Assembly (NCBI GenBank): GCA_964247055.1 | Contig: OZ176050.1 | Span: 3,968,001-4,032,000 of the forward strand | Direction of reading: 5' to 3' | DNA length: 64,000 nt | Source: Paragordius varius | Lineage: Eukaryota > Animalia > Nematomorpha | Shown here: positions 61,739 to 64,000 of the stretch, in pieces | Layout: each line of letters begins with the position of its first letter | How positions within the stretch are numbered: the stretch's first letter is position 1 | Translations under genes and position numbers: made by a program | Notes under the pieces: generated by a model | Told to the model about the DNA's origin: nothing | Databases searched by the model: none | The model's input: only the letters and a program-made list of their open reading frames with translations

Positions 61739-62325
61739 TAACCCAAAAGCAAAACACAATGATTTTCTTTATTCATTATTATTATTTTATGACTAAAACA
61801 TCATTCATAACTAAATATTTATTAGCGAAAGCAGCTTTAAAGCATAATAGATAAAGCTATGTAACATAGTGCAATTAGTATTAATTTTATTTTTATTGTC
61901 AAATTTTAATTTATTGTATTAGCCAAATATTGATAAAATGACCAAATTGTAATAAAAATATATTGTATATATGTATAATTATTTTTTGTTTTTCAGCACA
62001 ATACAATGCTAATAGATTCCCATAATTGTAAATTTATTTATTGATCGATATATTGTCTATTCATTTGACTAAACACTAAATAAGATAATTAATAAATAAA
62101 GATTTATTTAATTACATTTGCTTAATTATTTCTCTTAATTTTTTTAATTAATTGGCTCAAAATTATTATAGAAGCATGCAGGTAAGGGAAAATAATTTTA
62201 CAGCCAAGTATTTTTAAATAAATTCTATTGAGTAAATGTGCCATAATAATCTTTTGTATTTCATTAATTGTTGACTTAGTTGGTTGACACAGTTGTTTTG
62301 GTTATTTTTAAAAAAAATTTCTAGC

Positions 62326-64000
62326 TTTGTGCAGCGAAAACGCACTCTCACCTCTGAGTTTGAGGTTCAGCTATAAGGGCATATAGTTGGTAAAAAAACC
62401 TGCCAAATTATTTAAAACCATAGAAATATTGAACAATTACAAGAATGAATGATATCACTATGAAACGACCTAAAAACACCACAAATATTTCAACATCTAT
62501 GTTAATGAAAATTTTTAATAACAATATTTTTATTTCTACTAATAAAAATTATAATAATATATATACAAATAAAAAATGGGACCATCCAACAAACAACACC
62601 AAAGTTAAACCAAAATATAGAAACTAAAATAAGATAAATATAAATGATTCCATCCCTAAGCTCAAAATTGGTACTTGGAATGTTGGTACTATGAACGAAA
62701 AATTATGGATGGTTTTAGACAATCGAAAAATTTGGCGTAGATATGTGCTGCCTCCAAGAAACAAGATATAAAACATCAGGTCTAAAAAATTTAAAAGGCC
62801 ATACATTATTTTTTACCGAAGGAAAGCAATCTCAAGCTGGAGTTGCAATAATAATAAAAAATGAACACAGAGATAACATTCTTCAAATTACTAGGCACAG
62901 CGACAGAATTATACAAATCAGATTGTTAATCCAAAATTCAATATACAATATAATCTCATTGTACGCGCCTCAACGTGGCCTTCCCGACGTAATTAAAGAG
63001 GCTTTCCGGACCCAATTGCAGAACATCTCATTCAAAATTCCTACATCCGACAAAATCATTATAGCTGGCGATTTCAACGCCCATATTGGCAGCAACGAAG
63101 GATTCAAAGGATTGCATGGTGGTTATAGCTTTGGCTCAAGAGATAAAGAAGGAGAAACTCTGCTCGAATTTTGCTCATCTATACAACTCCATATTGCTAA
63201 TACCCTTTTCACCATAAAAGACAGCAAACTGATTACCTATACATCAGGCTCACAAAAATCAACAATCGATTATATATTAACAGGAGAAAACCTGAGGCAT
63301 CTGATTCTAAATACAACTACTTATAATACGGATACACAACACAAATTACTTGTAAGAACATTAAAATTAAAAAAATTCAAACCTACACCACAACCATTCC
63401 AACCCAAAATAAATACCTCCAAACTAAAACACACAGAAATAAATAATAATTTTGTTAGTAGTACAACAAACTAAATAAAAATGGATTTTCAATCAGTAGA
63501 GGAAGGATGGAAAAACTACAAACAAACGATAATGAATAATGCTGAAAAATGGTGTGGAAGGAAAAAGAAAAGCTCGCGACAACCCAAATGGTGGTGGGAT
63601 GACAGTGTGAAACCCTTACTCTTGAGAAAAAACGAGCTACATAAAAAATGGAAGAAATCAAAAAATATAAAGACCAAATCATATACAATCAATATAAAAA
63701 ACTGGTAAACAAAATTATTAAGGATTTAAAAAATAAACGTTGTATGGAAATGGCGGACGAGCTGGAAAAGGACATAAATAATATGACAATATTTACAAAA
63801 ATCAAAAACTACAATCAAAACCAAAAGGATATTAAAAATATTCGTTGCGTTAAAGATGATGAACATAATATTCTTATCAATCCCAACGATGTAATAAACA
63901 GATGGGAAAAATTTATGAAAGCTAAATTTAACCTCTCTGAATCTAAGGTTACTACACATGAAAATTCTGTCATACAAGGTCTCATTCAGGAATTCACTCC
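62326..64000 (+). mobile_element. Non-LTR retrotransposon (RTE-like), AP-endonuclease domain and linker, degenerate, truncated by the window end
   Basis: LKIGTWNVGTM, CCLQETRY, IISLYAPQ, IAGDFNAHIG, TIDYILT, PKWWWDDSVK, KDDEHNIL..RWEKF. Frameshift near 62730 and a stop at ~63474. The 5' boundary is approximate. Confidence 0.9.

Noticed and set aside
62326-62400. U4 snRNA (AGCTTTGTGCAG) or an HDV-like ribozyme at the LINE 5' end
   Set aside because: The match stops after ~12 nt with no Sm site, and I could not build the P1/P1.1 pseudoknot. It is probably LINE 5' UTR.

Overview
Strongly AT-rich animal nuclear DNA: the genes are intron-containing and include an NK-class homeobox, eIF3h, CLN3 and APEH. 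Most real genes are invisible or fragmented in the ORF track, so I rebuilt them by hand-splicing exons. Left to right: a signal-peptide LRR gene (-) with a decayed hAT element in an intron; an ~18 kb acylamino-acid-releasing enzyme (APEH) gene (-) whose introns hold MITEs, an inverted Penelope pair and a 3.9 kb tandem Helitron array; a putative unknown gene (+); a Cu/Zn superoxide dismutase (-) absent from the ORF track; an NK3/bagpipe homeobox gene (-); a decayed hAT with nested insertions; eIF3h (-) and CLN3 (+) head-to-head, 118 bp apart; and an RTE-like LINE running off the right end. The most striking signal is splicing architecture. At least eight GT-AG introns of only 22-29 nt lie in three conserved genes, most of them required to keep the conserved reading frame. 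All are clustered at gene 5' ends, while downstream introns of the same genes are ~60 bp to several kb and carry transposons. Protein identities come from motif recognition from memory, not database searches. The species cannot be determined from this window.
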